64,000 bases of DNA, taken from assembly GCF_964355755.1 (NCBI RefSeq), contig NC_092672.1:13392001-13456000 (forward strand), in the 5' to 3' direction. Made by a program: the position numbers and the translations under genes. This DNA is from Antedon mediterranea. Taxonomy: Eukaryota > Animalia > Echinodermata. Positions within the stretch are counted from its first letter, which is position 1; each line of letters begins with the position of its first letter. Positions 34,421 to 48,588 of the stretch are shown piece after piece. Under the pieces are notes generated by a model that worked only from the letters and a program-made list of their open reading frames with translations, did no database searches and had not been told where the DNA came from.

Positions 34421-35960
34421 GAAGAGGCAATCAGATGTTGATGCTGGTGATGAGAAGGTGTCACACAAATCTGTAATTGCATTGTACAAAGCATCTCTTT
34501 GGCAACTGTCTTTCTCAATTCTATTGGGCCGTAGCTGCATAGTTGGTTGCTGTTGAGTTTCTAATCCTGTCATACGTCTTACATCTGTCACAGACATACC
34601 ACGCTGGGTTGACGTGATGCACCATCTTCTTATGGCATTCTGCGAGTTTTGAAAACCTGCAATTCCTTTCATAGGTGAAGCTGCATCTCTATTGACTGTC
34701 TGTTCCAATGTTAAGTCAATCGCAGATCGTGAGAAACTCTTTGCCGTTCGCCTTATGGAAAAGGCCCCTGCCTGTAGCACCGCCCTGATTTGTGGTGTTG
34801 CTTTCATTAACTGGTTGAGAAACAGCACACCCCACCCCACCGTGCATATTTTGGTCAATTGAGTCCAAAAATAATATCAATCATGTCAGGGATTGTGTTG
34901 GTAGGCATTGACATCATGAGATTCCTGTGAACTCTATTTACCATATGGATACATGCTCCAGTATTGGGCAGTTGGGCCAAAGTCTCCATTCATTGTCTTT
35001 TTACTATACCCTTCATATTCCAGCATGTGTTGTTGGAAGATTGGACTAGTCTCCAGAAACTGTTCCTGTGTACTACTGTCTTTGGGAACATCAGTAAGGA
35101 GGTCCCTAAGGTCATCTTTATTTTCCTGAGCAACAGTTTACAGGACATTTTCATAGAGGTTTCTTTTCATAGCAAGAGCAAGGATATCATGTATTCGAAC
35201 ACATCGATTGTAATTTTTTTTTCACAAATGAAACCCATCAGCGATCCTTCTGCCAGTACTTTGTCAACAGGTATTCTGCACCACTTTCATTTATGAATGT
35301 CCCAATAGCACCATAGAAGGCCGACTCCAAATGGAAGTTTTCAAGCAAGATGAGAAGCTTATCGAACAGAGGCGCTTCCAATGCCTGGATCAAGTATGCC
35401 TTGAGAGCCACAGCTAAATCGTAGGTAACAACACCATATTCTTGATGGGTTCGCGAACAACATCGTTTTTCGTTGGTGGGGCATATATTGGATGCATGTA
35501 CATCATTTTCTGTTGTGGCAGGGCATCATTCACAAACTGTGAATAAAATCCAGGAAAAAGTGGAAGTGACTCATCAACTTTGGACAAAAGCAACCGGTAG
35601 AAATCAACTGTATGAAGTGATATAAGATTATTTGATGTTCTCTGATAATTGTTTGGAACTGATAAGTCAAATTTGGCTTTTTTTAACTGCTTTCCATCAA
35701 ACTGCCTTCTTTTCTTCCCACTTCTGATACCAGAAACACTTGCCATGTCATCTGGTTGGCCTCTTGTATGTTCTGGTAGCCGATCCCAACTGTAGCATGG
35801 AGGGTATCTTTCCCGTCAGTTGTATCCATATTAACGTCATAATTATCCCAAGCAAGTCCTGTGGCACAGTCTGGATACATTTTAACACCGTCTGGAGCAT
35901 CTTGACCAATTTCCTCTGCTGAGAATGACTTGACTTCGTCATAAGGGCTGTGTCCCAGAC
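34421..35960 (-). mobile_element. Degenerate Academ-type transposase
   Basis: GLAWDNYDVNMDTTDGKDTLHATVGIGYQ and FSIRRTAKSFSRSAIDLTLEQTVNRDAASPMKGIAGF motifs; several frameshifts; cut at 34420 by the tandem array. Confidence 0.8.
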
Positions 35961-36412
35961 GAAAAAATGGATTATATTATTTTAACAATTTTTTCTGACA
36001 ATGTGCGACACATAAATTAAAAGCATGCTGTATGGAAATAGATATCTCCATGGTGGAAATTATCAAAATTCTGCAAATTTAAATGCAGAAATTTAAAACA
36101 AAACATAAATGTTTAGTGTTTGAATTTATTTTATTTAAAAATAGCAATAAACAAAGATAATTACTGTATTTTACTTTATTACCCAAAGTATTGTTGAGAT
36201 TATCTGCTTCATCTTCATCACCACTGGAGAATTGATCTGACAAATCAAATTCATTTTCTGAAACTGGAAAAATTTGATACCAATACATGTGTGTTTGTTA
36301 CAAAATAGAAAAAAAGAAACTGTTAGATCTATTTGCAATGAGGGGTCAAAAGCTGTCCAGCATTTTCTGATAACAAATTCATAATACAGTCATATCAATT
36401 GAAAAAAACTCA

Positions 36413-36900
36413 TTTTCTGAAAAACAAATTGAGTTATTGAAAAACGTTATGCTACAATTCAAATAATACTACCAAATAAAATAAAAAAAACCATCTTACG
36501 CTGTAATGCAAAAAAATACTTCAATCACTGGTAAATTGTGTCAAGTTAAACTAATCAGGGGATAGTGTGGTCTGAAGGCTTGTCCCAGGCTGACTTTTTT
36601 CTAATTCTAGTTGCAAGAAGTTGTTGTTGTTGGTTGTGTCACTGGCCTTAACAACACTTTAGAATTTTCTGAAAAACAAATTGAATTATTTAAAAATGTT
36701 ATACTACAATTTAAAAAAAACATCTTTAGCTGTAATGCAAAAAAATACTTAAATCACTGGTAAATTGTGTCAAGTTAAACTAACCAGGGGATAGTGTGGT
36801 CTGGCTTGTCCCAGGCTGACTTTTTTTTTCTAGTTGTTGCAAGAAGTTGGTTGGTGTCAATGGCCTTAACACTTCAGAATTATCTGAAAAACAAATTGAA
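36413..36900. repeat. Local tandem duplication (~220-250-bp unit, ~2 copies)
   Basis: TTCTGAAAAACAAATTGA at ~36415, ~36667 and ~36881; AATCACTGGTAAATTGTGTCAAGTTAAACTAA occurs twice. Confidence 0.8.
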
Positions 36901-37266
36901 TTAATTAAAACTATGTATGTTTACTTGTAATAAAATTACTATAATCAAATTTAATGAAAATAAACTAACCAAGTGATTGTATTTCCTGGCTTGTTGCAGG
37001 CTCCATTGAAGCCCGAAAAACTGGCAAGTTGCTTAATTTGAATGAATTTAAAGTATTTAAATACAAAATATTGTTATAATCCTGAATGTTCTATAAGGTG
37101 ATTTCGATATATTATTGAACATCAATAAATTATACTTTTAAATTACCAAACAATTGCGTAAATTTTAGTCATTAACTGTGCTTGCGATGACACAACATGT
37201 AAAATCAAAAGGAGCTGAACAAATCTCAGCTCGTCTTGTCACTGCAAGTAATTTATTAAGAATTAC

Positions 37267-37826
37267 CTTCTTCACTCTCACTATCACTGCTTTGAACTCA
37301 AGCTCGAGTTTTTCTTCCAGAACACAGGGAATCATCTAAATCGTCATCGATAAACCATCGCCTGTTCTTCTTTCGCTGGCGCTTTTCAGGAAGAGGAGGG
37401 GTTAAGGGTTCCCCTGCTTCTGCATCGGTGAGCGTTGTGGAAGACAGTCCAATCAATGATAAGTCTGACTTTCCAGATAGGTCACTAATAAAGTTGTCTG
37501 CTTCTTTGTAGCTTTCTGCAAAAAGATATAATTGCTGAATGGTTAGATCTATTGTTTTATAGGTAAAGGTACAGTGTCAAATTTCTGTTATCTACCGATA
37601 ATCCAAACAAGTCAATATAGATATTTTCACATTGAAAATATTGCAATTCTACCTCCACGATTGTCGTTATTACCGTGCGACGCAGACAATTTGGATTAAA
37701 AATTCCATAGTTCGCCGTCTTAGTGTGGGATGTTGTCCAGCGGCAAAACCATTAAACATTAGTGCAGAACATCCACGGCCTGGGTACTACAACTACGTGC
37801 TCGTCATCCACCTCACAAACTACGTA
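37267..37826 (-). mobile_element. Decayed spliced ORF resembling CACTA-associated (DUF4806-type) accessory genes
   Basis: YVVCEVDDEHVVVVPRPWMF...*WFCRW exon and SYKEADNFISDLSGKSDLS...EKRQRKKNRRWFIDDD exon, both with internal stops; family recalled from motif pattern only. Confidence 0.45.
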
Positions 37827-38457
37827 TTAAAAATGATATAAAAAAATAGGATTTAAGCTAATATAATAATAGTAGTCAAACAGAAACTTAAACAGATCTT
37901 ATCAAGCAAATCAGACAATTCATAAAACACATGACACACTAAAAACATGCTTACTTCAAACTACAAAGTATGCACAAGCGACAAGATGACATATGATATT
38001 GCATCATCTTCATCAAAGATAGAGAGTGGAATGCAGATTACCTTTGCCTTTAAGCTATCTGTATGGATGAACTGCATATTTGTATGCCCAGTGTTCTAAT
38101 ATAGGCAAAAGAAATGTAATCAGTATATTGAATATTCAATCTAGTTTTGCATCATATGATATTTTGCGGATAACCAAAAAGCATTCAATATGGAAGGGTA
38201 TTGTCTTCAAAATTTAACAAATCGGTTAAACAAGGTCATTATCTGCATGTTTTGGTTACCAAGTGTTGCATGCAAAATATATTTGGAATGGAAACTAAAT
38301 CATCATTGAATAAAGAAATAACATTTGTTGGGGTTTTGTCACAAATAAAACTACAGTATTGGTAGCAAAAGATTCCACCTACATTTTATTTGATTTATTC
38401 ATCTCATTGAGATGAAAAATGAGAATTATTTTAATGTAAAAAATAACAATAAATTAA

Positions 38458-38496
38458 CTAGACATGAAACTCGTCACTTTGACGAGTTAGTTCCGC
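38458..38496 (-). mobile_element. Helitron-like 3' terminus
   Basis: Perfect hairpin AACTCGTCA-CTT-TGACGAGTT (38468-38488), 6 nt from CTAG|T on the minus strand. Confidence 0.55.
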
Positions 38497-39069
38497 ACGA
38501 CAGACGCCACGTGCACGTCATATGTCAAAAACTATAATACGAGGTGGTCCTGTAAATTCGCCTTGTATTATAATTATACAGTATATACTGTGTATACAAA
38601 GGAGACATTAATTCTACATGATACAGAGGGCGGCAAACAAGAATTTGCTCACATCAGAGCCTATGCTGGTGTACATTGTACTACTGTATATTATATGACA
38701 TATTAACTAATTAATTATGGGACATATTTTAATTCAAATATTTAACATGATGACGTCATCAAAATAAAACACAAAGATAGCAATTTCTGAAGAAAATTAT
38801 CTCAGCAACAACATATTAACGTGTAGAAGAAATTTGAATATGTAAAATGTTGGTGCGCGCACATTTAAATGTGATGAACTTTGACGCAGATGATGAAAAT
38901 TTGACCTTTTTAATTAAACTTGTCATATGATATGACATGACGTCACAACATCCAAAATAATAGTAATAATGCAACAAACTGAATTAAATGAATCCATATA
39001 ATTTTTAAAAGATCACATAAATATAGAGCTGTAGGTTACAGAATGTTAAGAAATACAATAAGAAACGAA

Positions 39070-41187
39070 CCTCATGTGATGAAGAGACTTGATTTGCGGT
39101 AGCGGCTTGAAAAATGGTTCCAGGAACGTCTGCCAATTGTATGCAGGGACGTGCATCGTACCATCTTCTGCTCCAACTATCTTGGCTTTGTTTTGTTGTA
39201 CCCAGAGTGAGATGATGTTTCCACAACCTTCTTCATGTCATCTAAGCAACTAACCATGCACTTCTTGAAACGTTGCTTCAGTAAACCAAACCCCTGGTCT
39301 GGAGCAAACTTAGTATGCCCTGCGATGAGGAAATTTAATCCGATTGACTTGTGCAAGCCATGAATTGTTCGCCATGCCAGGTACCATAATACATACTTGT
39401 TCTTGTTTTGTCCGCTACAATTGTCGCAGTGTAGCAGACAATGGTCCTCTCCCAATCTACCATCCAAGAAAAAAAATCATTAACATAGGAAATTACAGCA
39501 TTAGATCCTTTGGAAATGGCTACACCTTCATCAATTGCTGTTGAGGAACTGCCTCGCAGGCTATGCCAAAAATGCCCAATTTGCGGGTGCAAATAAAGTA
39601 AGTTGGGCCTGGTTGCAAGGGGTCCGAGGGGTAGCTTACTTGTTGCGCAAAGTCAAACGAATAGTGCATCACGAACATTGTGCGTTTGGTCCTAGTCTTT
39701 CGTCTGTAATGACTGCCTTCGCATCCGCAATCATTGATCTCAACAAATCCCTTTCAAGGTGAACCACACGTAGGTGTTCCAATTGCGCTTCTAACTGTGC
39801 ATTTTTCTGCGCTTCTGTTTGATTTGCTGAGCGGTAGACAGCACTGTTGTTCTTCTGACATACCCAGCATAGATCACTCCGTGGCTTTGTTGTCAGGATG
39901 AATGGGCAGAATTGCCTCCAAACCTTGGAGAACGTTGTTCGTTTGATGATTCTCATCTCACTGTGACCTTTAAGAAAAATGCACCAATTGTTATTATTAA
40001 TACTATTAATTATTAATCAAGCTGAAATGCAACACAATTTTAGATTAGAAACATTTAAAGCAAACTACAGTTAGCTTATTTCTGTTCATTACCTGCTCTA
40101 ATTCGCCTTTCATTAACATCCATCAGCTGAACCTCGTGTTTCCGCCACACACCTGACTTGGTTTCACACGACGGCTGGAGCCGCACTCTCGGATCCTGGC
40201 ACTTGACACCTCTCACTCTGCCTGGTATAACCATTCCGTTGAATACTGCATAGTTACTTATGTACCCCACAACATGGCGGACATCAGTTTCAGAAAGCGC
40301 TGTTTTGCTAAATCGTCGACCCCCATACTTTTTTAGCGGTGGTGTGACGCCTGTAGTCTTGTAATGGGAGATAATTCCCTGAAGTTGACAATTGGATATG
40401 CTAAAAAATATAAATGTACAGAGAAATTAAATATCAAAATCATAATTATTTTTATGCTAGGTTCGGTTAATGAATAATGTTTGATTGTTAGTTTTTTGTT
40501 AATATTGACTGCTTTGACAAAAAATTAATTTAAAAAAATACTTACGAATGCATGTATTCAAAAGATCGGCACACTTTCTGGCCTTCAACCAAATAGGTTA
40601 TGCGGGATTTTTGTCTTTCGCTTTGTACCGACTTTCTTGACTTACTGTGTCTGTGCCATATTTTTTATTGTGGCACTTATTTTCCCCATTAGAAACATTT
40701 TTCTTTCTACGGCTGAAAGTTCTTGCATTTGTGCCCTGAGGTTTAAGACATACTCTTCTTCGAATTGATTGAGGCATGGGTCCGGGTTAGCTTGGTCTCG
40801 ATTTCTGGGGTAACGACAGCGTCTAAATGTTTGTATAGCAGTACGTTCGTCTTCATTAGCTGGGCCTGCCCAATCTTCCATTCCTCCCTGGTTCAACAAA
40901 CCGTTTACGCTGTCTAGGCCAGGGTTGACAACAACAGCAGGCATGGACCCATCTTCCTCCCCCTCACTCATGTCCACATCTTCAATTTCAGATCTTTCCT
41001 CCGCTTCAGGAAGACCAAAATCAAGCTCCTCCTCAGACTCACTACTGTCCTCCTCCCTGTCTTCCTCTAGCCTGTTGCTAAAAAATTCGGTAGCCATGTC
41101 ACCAATCGTTGCTCTGTCGGTAGCATCAAGTCCTAGAAAACGGGCATCATTTAGCGCTTCAACCACTTCTTCAGTAGAAAATGGCAT
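39070..41187 (-). mobile_element. Sola1-like transposase pseudogene with introns
   Basis: Acidic N-terminus; ITYLVEGQKVC; FSKVWRQFCPFI...KPRSDLCWVCQKN; DNCSGQNKNKYVLWYLAWR...FLIAGHTKFAPDQGFGLLK; frameshifts; 3' truncated. Confidence 0.8.
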
Positions 41188-42361
41188 GATAAAACTTTAA
41201 ACAAAACCAGGCCTAGCGTGTTAATAAGCAATTTGTAAAGAAACAGTAGATAAAGCAGTGAAAATGTAGTAAAAAATAACGTATACTATTAAAATTGTTT
41301 AAGCGTGCGATAGAGACAACCAGGAAGTGATTGCCCTCATGCACATGCGCAGTTGGCATTCTATGACCACATGATTGAATCTGACCAACGACAAACCGTA
41401 TTAGACCGATCGCTTCTCTTATATAGCAAGAAATCTTTAACAGGACTGGCTGGATGATATTAAAAATAATTAGTTTTTGTTTGCAATGAAAAGGTCACAT
41501 TTTAACCTTTCGATAGATACCGAACACGACGATGTGGGTACTCGGGTTCGTTGACAATGTTATCGTAAAATATGGCGTGTTGTTTTTTTTTCATTGAAAA
41601 TAACAATTTTGTGTTTGATGAATGATTTTATTTCTACTAAATAATGACTTTACACACATTTTTAACAATTAAAACTTTGTGAGATATTAGATAGATATTA
41701 AAAGATGTGATTTTTAGCAAAACATCTTTTTTGACCATGTGTAACAGGGTAACAGGTATGCTTAATACCCAAATACTTGAATGATTTATCTGCTGAATTG
41801 GACTTGAATCTGAGAAACCTTGTGGGACCCATTAAAATAAAAGCTGGAATGGTGTGACCATGCTATAAATAGATGAGTCACCTCATCCAAGTGGTGGGAA
41901 AATGGTCATGAATATTTAGTGTATAATGTTTCAGTATGGGTCAGTTCATAAATGGGCAAGAAATTTTGTTAATTGATTTGCATTTTTAATAGTTTCTTTT
42001 TTTTTGTATAACCGAACTTTAAATTGATAATTACGTGTGTATGACTCTTAGTTACAATCATCGGTCTGTAAACTACGAAATAATGTTAATGTAAAAGTAT
42101 ATACCATCGGTTAAAAGTTGTCATAGTACCCAACTGGGAATGGATGACACTTACTAGTGCCTAGCCCAAAGTGAAGGTTTTCATCTCCTTCCGACTGGTT
42201 ACTAGGTAAGCTTCTATATTTTTCTCTCTCTTAATTTTAGAATTGTTTTAAGTTAATATAGTTGATTAGTTATTTGATTGAATATACTAGACACAACGCA
42301 ATAGTAGCCAATACTGTCGTTAATGATACGATTGATCGATCACTGATATGTTATTTTAAAT

Positions 42362-43590
42362 ATTTTTATTTTATTTATTTAATTTTGGATTTATATAGCG
42401 CTTTTCCAAGTGACCAAAGCGCTGTATAATAGAAAATACTATATACTCAACAAAGCTTACAAAAAACAAAAAAATAGAAAATGGAATGAAAATACAAATA
42501 TATATAATTATATATAAAAACTATGAGGGCCTATACAAAAAGTTACCGTAATTTCATTAACATTATTTAGGAAAGAGATAGGTTTTTAACATTTTCTTGA
42601 AATATTGCACATTTGGGGCTTCACAAATATAAGATGGTAAGTTATTCCACAATCTAGGACCGATGACAGAAAAACACTTATCGCCAAACGACCTCTTGGT
42701 CTTGGGGATGGCAAGATGGGTATGGTCTTGGGTAGATCGAAGTCCATGCCGACCAGAATGGTGTTTGTTTATAAGGTCCTGTAAATAACCAGGTGCTGAG
42801 CCATACAGACAGTTGTACACATGCACTAAGATCTTGAATTCAATCCTCTGCTGGACAGGCAACCAATGCAGCTCCCCAATGAGAGGAGACGCAGTGGTGC
42901 GCTTGCTAGCTTGAAAAATAAGACGTGCAGCGCTATTTTGCAGTGTTTGCAAACGTCGGACGTCTGAAACAGCCAATCCACCGAGCAAAGAGTTGCCATA
43001 GTCCAGTCGGGAAAGATCTTACTGCATGTGTACAAGTAGAGCGGTCTATGAAACACCGAATCCTACTCAAATTACGAAGATGGAAGTTTACCCTACTACG
43101 CAATGTACTAACATGATTTTTCATATAGAGTTGGTTGTCAAGCATGATACCAAGATTTTTAATCTTACTGGATGGGGTGATAATAGATTCACCGATTTTC
43201 AAATCAAGTTGGGGTATAGCCTTAACATGCCTATTAGATGAAATCACGAAAAACTCAGTTTTTGAATCATTTAGCTTTAGTTTGTTGATCATCATCCACG
43301 AACGTATTTCAGTAATGCATTCGGTAAGTTTAAACTTAGCGGCGGAGATATCCTCCTCCGACTTTGAATCAAAGCTAATGTAAAGCTGTATGTCATCAGC
43401 ATATATGTGATACGCTACTTCAAATCGCCTAACGATATCTGCAATAGGTTGCGCATACATAGTAAAGATAGATGGACCTACGATGGACCCTTGAGGTACA
43501 CCATATCTCAAAACATGATTCTGCGAGTATTCACCTAGAACACAGACTCTATTTACACGTTCTTGATGGTAACTAGCAAACCAGTTTAAA
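42362..43590 (-). mobile_element. 5'-truncated L2-clade LINE (RT C-terminal half + 3' UTR)
   Basis: YGVPQGSIVGP, YADD, LKLNDSKTE, LQNSAARL...LHWLPVQQRIEFKIL...GPRLWNNLP...FKKMLKTYLF; 3' AAAGCGCTATATAAAT followed by an (AAAT)n-like tail; one frameshift. Confidence 0.93.
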
Positions 43591-44735
43591 GTTTAAAAAG
43601 TTGGTTTTACGTTCCTTGATAAGTTTAGTAACTTTAACATTTTGCTTAAGGTACATTTCACGTTCTCCACTTGCGTTCAAGTTGTCTACGCTCACGACGC
43701 GAGTCTCTTACATCATCAGTATACCATTTAGGTTGTCTGATCAGCTTCAGGGACCGTGATTTCTCCGGGCAATGTTTATCAAGTACTTCGCGAATAGAAC
43801 TATTATATAACTCAGCTTGAGAATTGGGATCATTTGTCAGAAGAATATTAACACTGTCTTTGTTATATCTCCTTCCGACTGGTTAAAGCTTCTATAAAAA
43901 GAATTTAACTTTTCCAAACCAAGAACTGTCTCTGTGGATGATTTTATTGTGTTTGTGCCAGTGCTGCAGCTCCTGAAAATACTACGCGATAAAGCTATGA
44001 CGCTAGTAGTACGAACCTGTTACACATGTGACCTATTTTGTAAGTATGTTAACGTAATTTGCTTGATATTAGGTATCGCGACTTGTCGCCGATTATGCCA
44101 TGCCGGGTCTCATATGTTTAATAAGTTAATTACAAAATACTAATAATAATATATCTTAAATTGTTATAAAGTTAAAAAGAGATACAATTATGCTTCAGCC
44201 ATTGAGCTTTTCCTTACAACATAGTACACTGTACTCATCATATATGCCGCATGGCATGATGGCTTCATTGATTGTTGTCTATATTACTGACTGAAAATGT
44301 TTAAATAATGATAAATACCTAACATCTACTTTTACAATCAATATTGTTAATTAATTATCAAATTTATTGAAATATATAGTAATTTCTAACATATCAAATA
44401 AGTAAAATGATGTACAGTACTTACCTGTAGAATAGCTGGTGTCAGTTGGTTCCAGAGGAACATATCCCAACCCAATGTCAGATGACCAAAGTGATATCTT
44501 ATACTCTACATGTACTCTGTTAAATGTACCTAGTCATTTAAACTTAGTTTTATATGTGGTATTTTCCATATTTATTTTTGCCCAATTATATTACAGTGTA
44601 ACAGGGGGAAATAATACCATAATAAAACATTCACCTGCATATTCAAATCATTCCATTCACTGTATATTGTACAGTTTCAATTTTAATAGCAATTATCTCA
44701 TACTCATTTTTTTTACAAGTCTGCTACCTTTTTAA

Positions 44736-44970
44736 AACCATAGTTGGCACAGCCAGGAGACGATGCTTACTCTGAAAACGTGAACTAGCATTCGGTAACC
44801 ATTGGGCTCGCCATCATTGAAATTACCATGTTGCCACCATAAGAAGCTCAACAAATTTTGATGTTCTGGTGCCACTAAAACCTGATAGAACATTACTTCA
44901 ATATCGCCAACGACTGCTATGCAATCTTGTCTAAACTATAGCATCACACCCATCAGATTGTTGGTTAAAT
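44736..44970 (-). mobile_element. BEL/Pao reverse transcriptase fragment
   Basis: LTNNLMGVML*FRQDCIAVVGDIEVMFYQVLVAPEHQNLLSFLWW...YRMLVHVF. Confidence 0.85.
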
Positions 44971-45899
44971 TCCAATGTCCAAATTTGACGTTACTCCACT
45001 AAAAATCATTCGGAATTGGAAGAAATTTACATATTAAGCTGTATAGTTTTTTTTTTATAAAATAACCTAAAAATTCTTGCCATGATAATTCACTGTTTTT
45101 TACGTTATGATATTCAAACATGAAAAAAGTAAACTTTATTTCTACTTTTTTATGTGCATAATTACAAACATGGAACAGGCCTCGTGGAATTAGTATTGGA
45201 GAAATTTTGTAGATGATCGAGACTTCTGTAGACTAAATTTTTGTTGGAACCATATATATTATTGGAATTTATAAACAAAAGTACAGCAAAAGAAAAAAAT
45301 ATTTACCTTTGCACAGCAGATTCATTCCACGTCAAATCACCCAAAAAAAATAAAAAATTTACACCTCACCATCTCAGATTTTAATCAAATTTGAAATATA
45401 ATTAATAATGGTAATCACTATGAAAAAATCCCAAATTTCAAATCAGACAAAACATTGAAAAGTTATGGGCAATTTAAAATGGCCAAAATTGTTTTAAAAA
45501 AAAGCATGCGAGAGCGTCAATTTTAAAACGTGAACATTTTCCAAACTATTTTAATGAATTAATGGCCAATCAAGGAGGATTCCAAATCTGTAATCAGAAT
45601 CTTAATATAAATTTCACTAAAAATGTTCTATTGACCTATAATTTGATCTTTGCCATGACCCCATGGCAAATGTTAAAAAATTTATATATTATTTTTATTT
45701 TTAATTTATATTTTCACACTTCTTGCCTGTAAAATGTTAGATGAAGCTAAGATGTCTTTTGTTCCAGTTCTATTTTATAGGCTTTCAAAATTGTACATCA
45801 AACTAATTCTATTTAAAAAAAAATAGTGTTTAACATGTTTAATCAGTTATACTGTATTTTACATTGCCTCTAGTATAAATGTGTTAATGAAAGATAAAA

Positions 45900-46465
45900 T
45901 TTTTGTTGAAAGCAGACAATATGGCATCAATCTTCTTATTGTTTTGATATACTGTAATTCCTACTTGATGATGATGTTAGTGATAGTGCGTCAATAAGAC
46001 ATAGGACACTTGATTCTTTAATCCAACACTTGTCAGCTTTATCTGGCCAATAGAACTGCTGTAGACCAGGAGGATGCATAAATGATATTAAGTAATCACC
46101 AAATTCAGCTGATATTTCATCCACCATTTCAATCCACCACACACCATCATACAAACATGCCACAAAATGATTCTTGAGAAATTTCATTTTGTGGAACTTC
46201 TAGTGATGTTGATGGGCAGCTTGTTACGTTTACTTTCCTTGATTAATCTTTTTGTGCACTTGTTTTATATACCAGAAGAGAACCATCTTCTTGTGGTACA
46301 AATCTGTGCAATTGAAGGGTGTCTTTAATGGTTTTGGCGTTAAAAAATCGAGATTCCAGTTGAGCCGCAGATTCTTGGATTTCCTCGTATGTGACATGAA
46401 AAAAAATGATACTAGGAATGTTTTCAACACAGAAATTAAAAATATGTCTATTGATTTTAATAGGT
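45900..46465 (-). mobile_element. Sola2-type transposase C-terminal fragment
   Basis: ENIPSIIFFHV...LESRFFNAKTIKDTLQLHRFVP and VACLYDGVWWI.MVDEIS.EFGD..ISFMHPPG...FYWPDKADKCWI. Confidence 0.72.
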
Positions 46466-46469
46466 TCTA

Positions 46470-46666
46470 GGTTTATTTATTTTTTTAGTAATGTGTTTTG
46501 TTGTGGGTCCCTACGAGACAAGTTTTTAACTTCTAGAAGGGATCCATGATAATAATGACTACCAATTACTGCTTTATCTATGTTCACTTTAATATCTTTT
46601 TTCTATTTTGTATATATTCATTCATTATTATCTAAATAAATATTATCTGAATCTTATCTGAATCTA
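46470..46666 (+). mobile_element. Possible short LINE 3'-UTR remnant
   Basis: AATAAA followed by an (ATCTGA)-type tandem tail TATCTGAATCTTATCTGAATCT; no coding sequence. Confidence 0.35.
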
Positions 46667-48588
46667 GTTGATTCATAAATGACCCCTGGGCTTATCCTGT
46701 TATTCTGTTGTCTTTACAAACATCGCATACTTTTTGGATACCTGTATCGCCTCCCATTTCAATGGGCATACTGTAAGTATGCCTCCGCCAAGATATACCT
46801 AAAATAAATTGTATTAATGATTTATTAGTACCCGTCATCTGTCCACTAAACAATGCACTCAAGAGGGCCCCAAATGAAACATGAAAATAACACAAAACTT
46901 TATAGACATAATGCTGAACTTACATTTCCATCTTGATGTGTCATGACTGCCATTTAAGGCTGTGTCATAACTGCTGGTTCAGGTTGCTCATGATTAAGAT
47001 CCCCAGCTTCTTTTTCTGGTTCTTCTAGTTCATCAAGAACTGACTTTTCACGAATATCAATAAGTTGATGTTGAACTTGGAACTAAAAATACAAAATCAG
47101 TCAGATAGTTAATGTATAGAATGCCATGCGATTTTCAGCATACTGAAATGATGCACATGTTAAAATGAGGTCAATTATCAATTTTAATCTCACCTAAAGT
47201 AATGTCAAAAGTAAAACTACATTATGTACTGAACCAGACCTGAACATACATAGTAAATAAAACTAATAACCATGCTAAAAAAATATTATTTTATTTATCC
47301 TGTAAACAAACAGTATTACTTGATTCTGTCTAATTTATAAACTTTTTTATAAAGTAGGTTGTTTAAAGCAGTACATACAATATTGTATTAACAAGTACCT
47401 GTATATTTACTTGACGGCCATATGTTTTTTAACAACAGAGCCTTTTGCAGATAGACGTTTAATTCTTTGTAGGTGATCAGTTCCTTCCTCTGTGCATGTT
47501 TTTGCTCTGTTAGAGGCAACCTCCCAAGTCAAAGCAATTCTTTTCTGCAGTTTGTGCTAACTTCAATACCTTTCTTCTAACACTGACCGTGTCGGTGGTG
47601 ATACAGCCTGGGGGAAGAGAAGACTTTGACGTATTTGCTTTAGTTTCTCATCCAAAACTGTTTTGAGGGCAGTTGCCTCAACAGACGCAATTTTGGCCTT
47701 TTTCAGATTCTATAAACGTAATTAAAATAAAATTGTTTTTAACTAGTATTACATTGTATTCTATGGAGACAACAGCAAGACAATAGAAAGAAAAAATATG
47801 TATTAGAACAGTCAAAGTTTCATTAAATTTAAAAACTATTTTTTGTTATAAATACTGCACTAAATAAAAAAATATTAAAAAGTCTTATAAAAAAAGATTG
47901 ACATTTCGAAACCATCATAAAAAAAAACCATTTGCTTGATCAAGTATTAAAAAATAGTAATATTGTTTGTTGGTTACATTACAAGTTGTAATGTAACCAA
48001 CAAAAGAAGTGTACAGTATGAGGGCTAAATAAATAAATATTGTAGCTCTATCTACTAAAGTATAAACAACTTTGCTTTGATAGAATAAAATTGTTCAACA
48101 CAACAATTAGTGATAACTCTAGATACTTTAAAGGCCAGATTCAGGCAGGATTTTTGGATATAGTATTTGATTTAATATACATAAATCGAAAATGTGACAC
48201 AAAAATGCACGATTTTTTCTAAAAATTGTTACTTAAAAAAATCCGTCAAATTCTCCTACAAAATCTGGTTAAACTTTTTTTCAGTAGTTAGGTAGTTCAA
48301 TAGTTCACTACTAAATATTCATGAGATGATCATGTGCCATATCCGGTATGCACACAATAAACACCACAACGTGCGACAACCTGTGACCTCAGGACCTGTT
48401 TCATTCTCCTCATCATTGTCACTGTCGAAACATCTTGAGATCGCACGTTTACACAATTTAGCCTAGATAAAAAATGAAGCACTGCATGGTGTTTAAATGT
48501 CATAATAAGCCACATACCGATATGTTCTGTAAAATTAAACAACAAAAACTACCATAAACATGTTAAAAATATCTATTAATATTACTAT

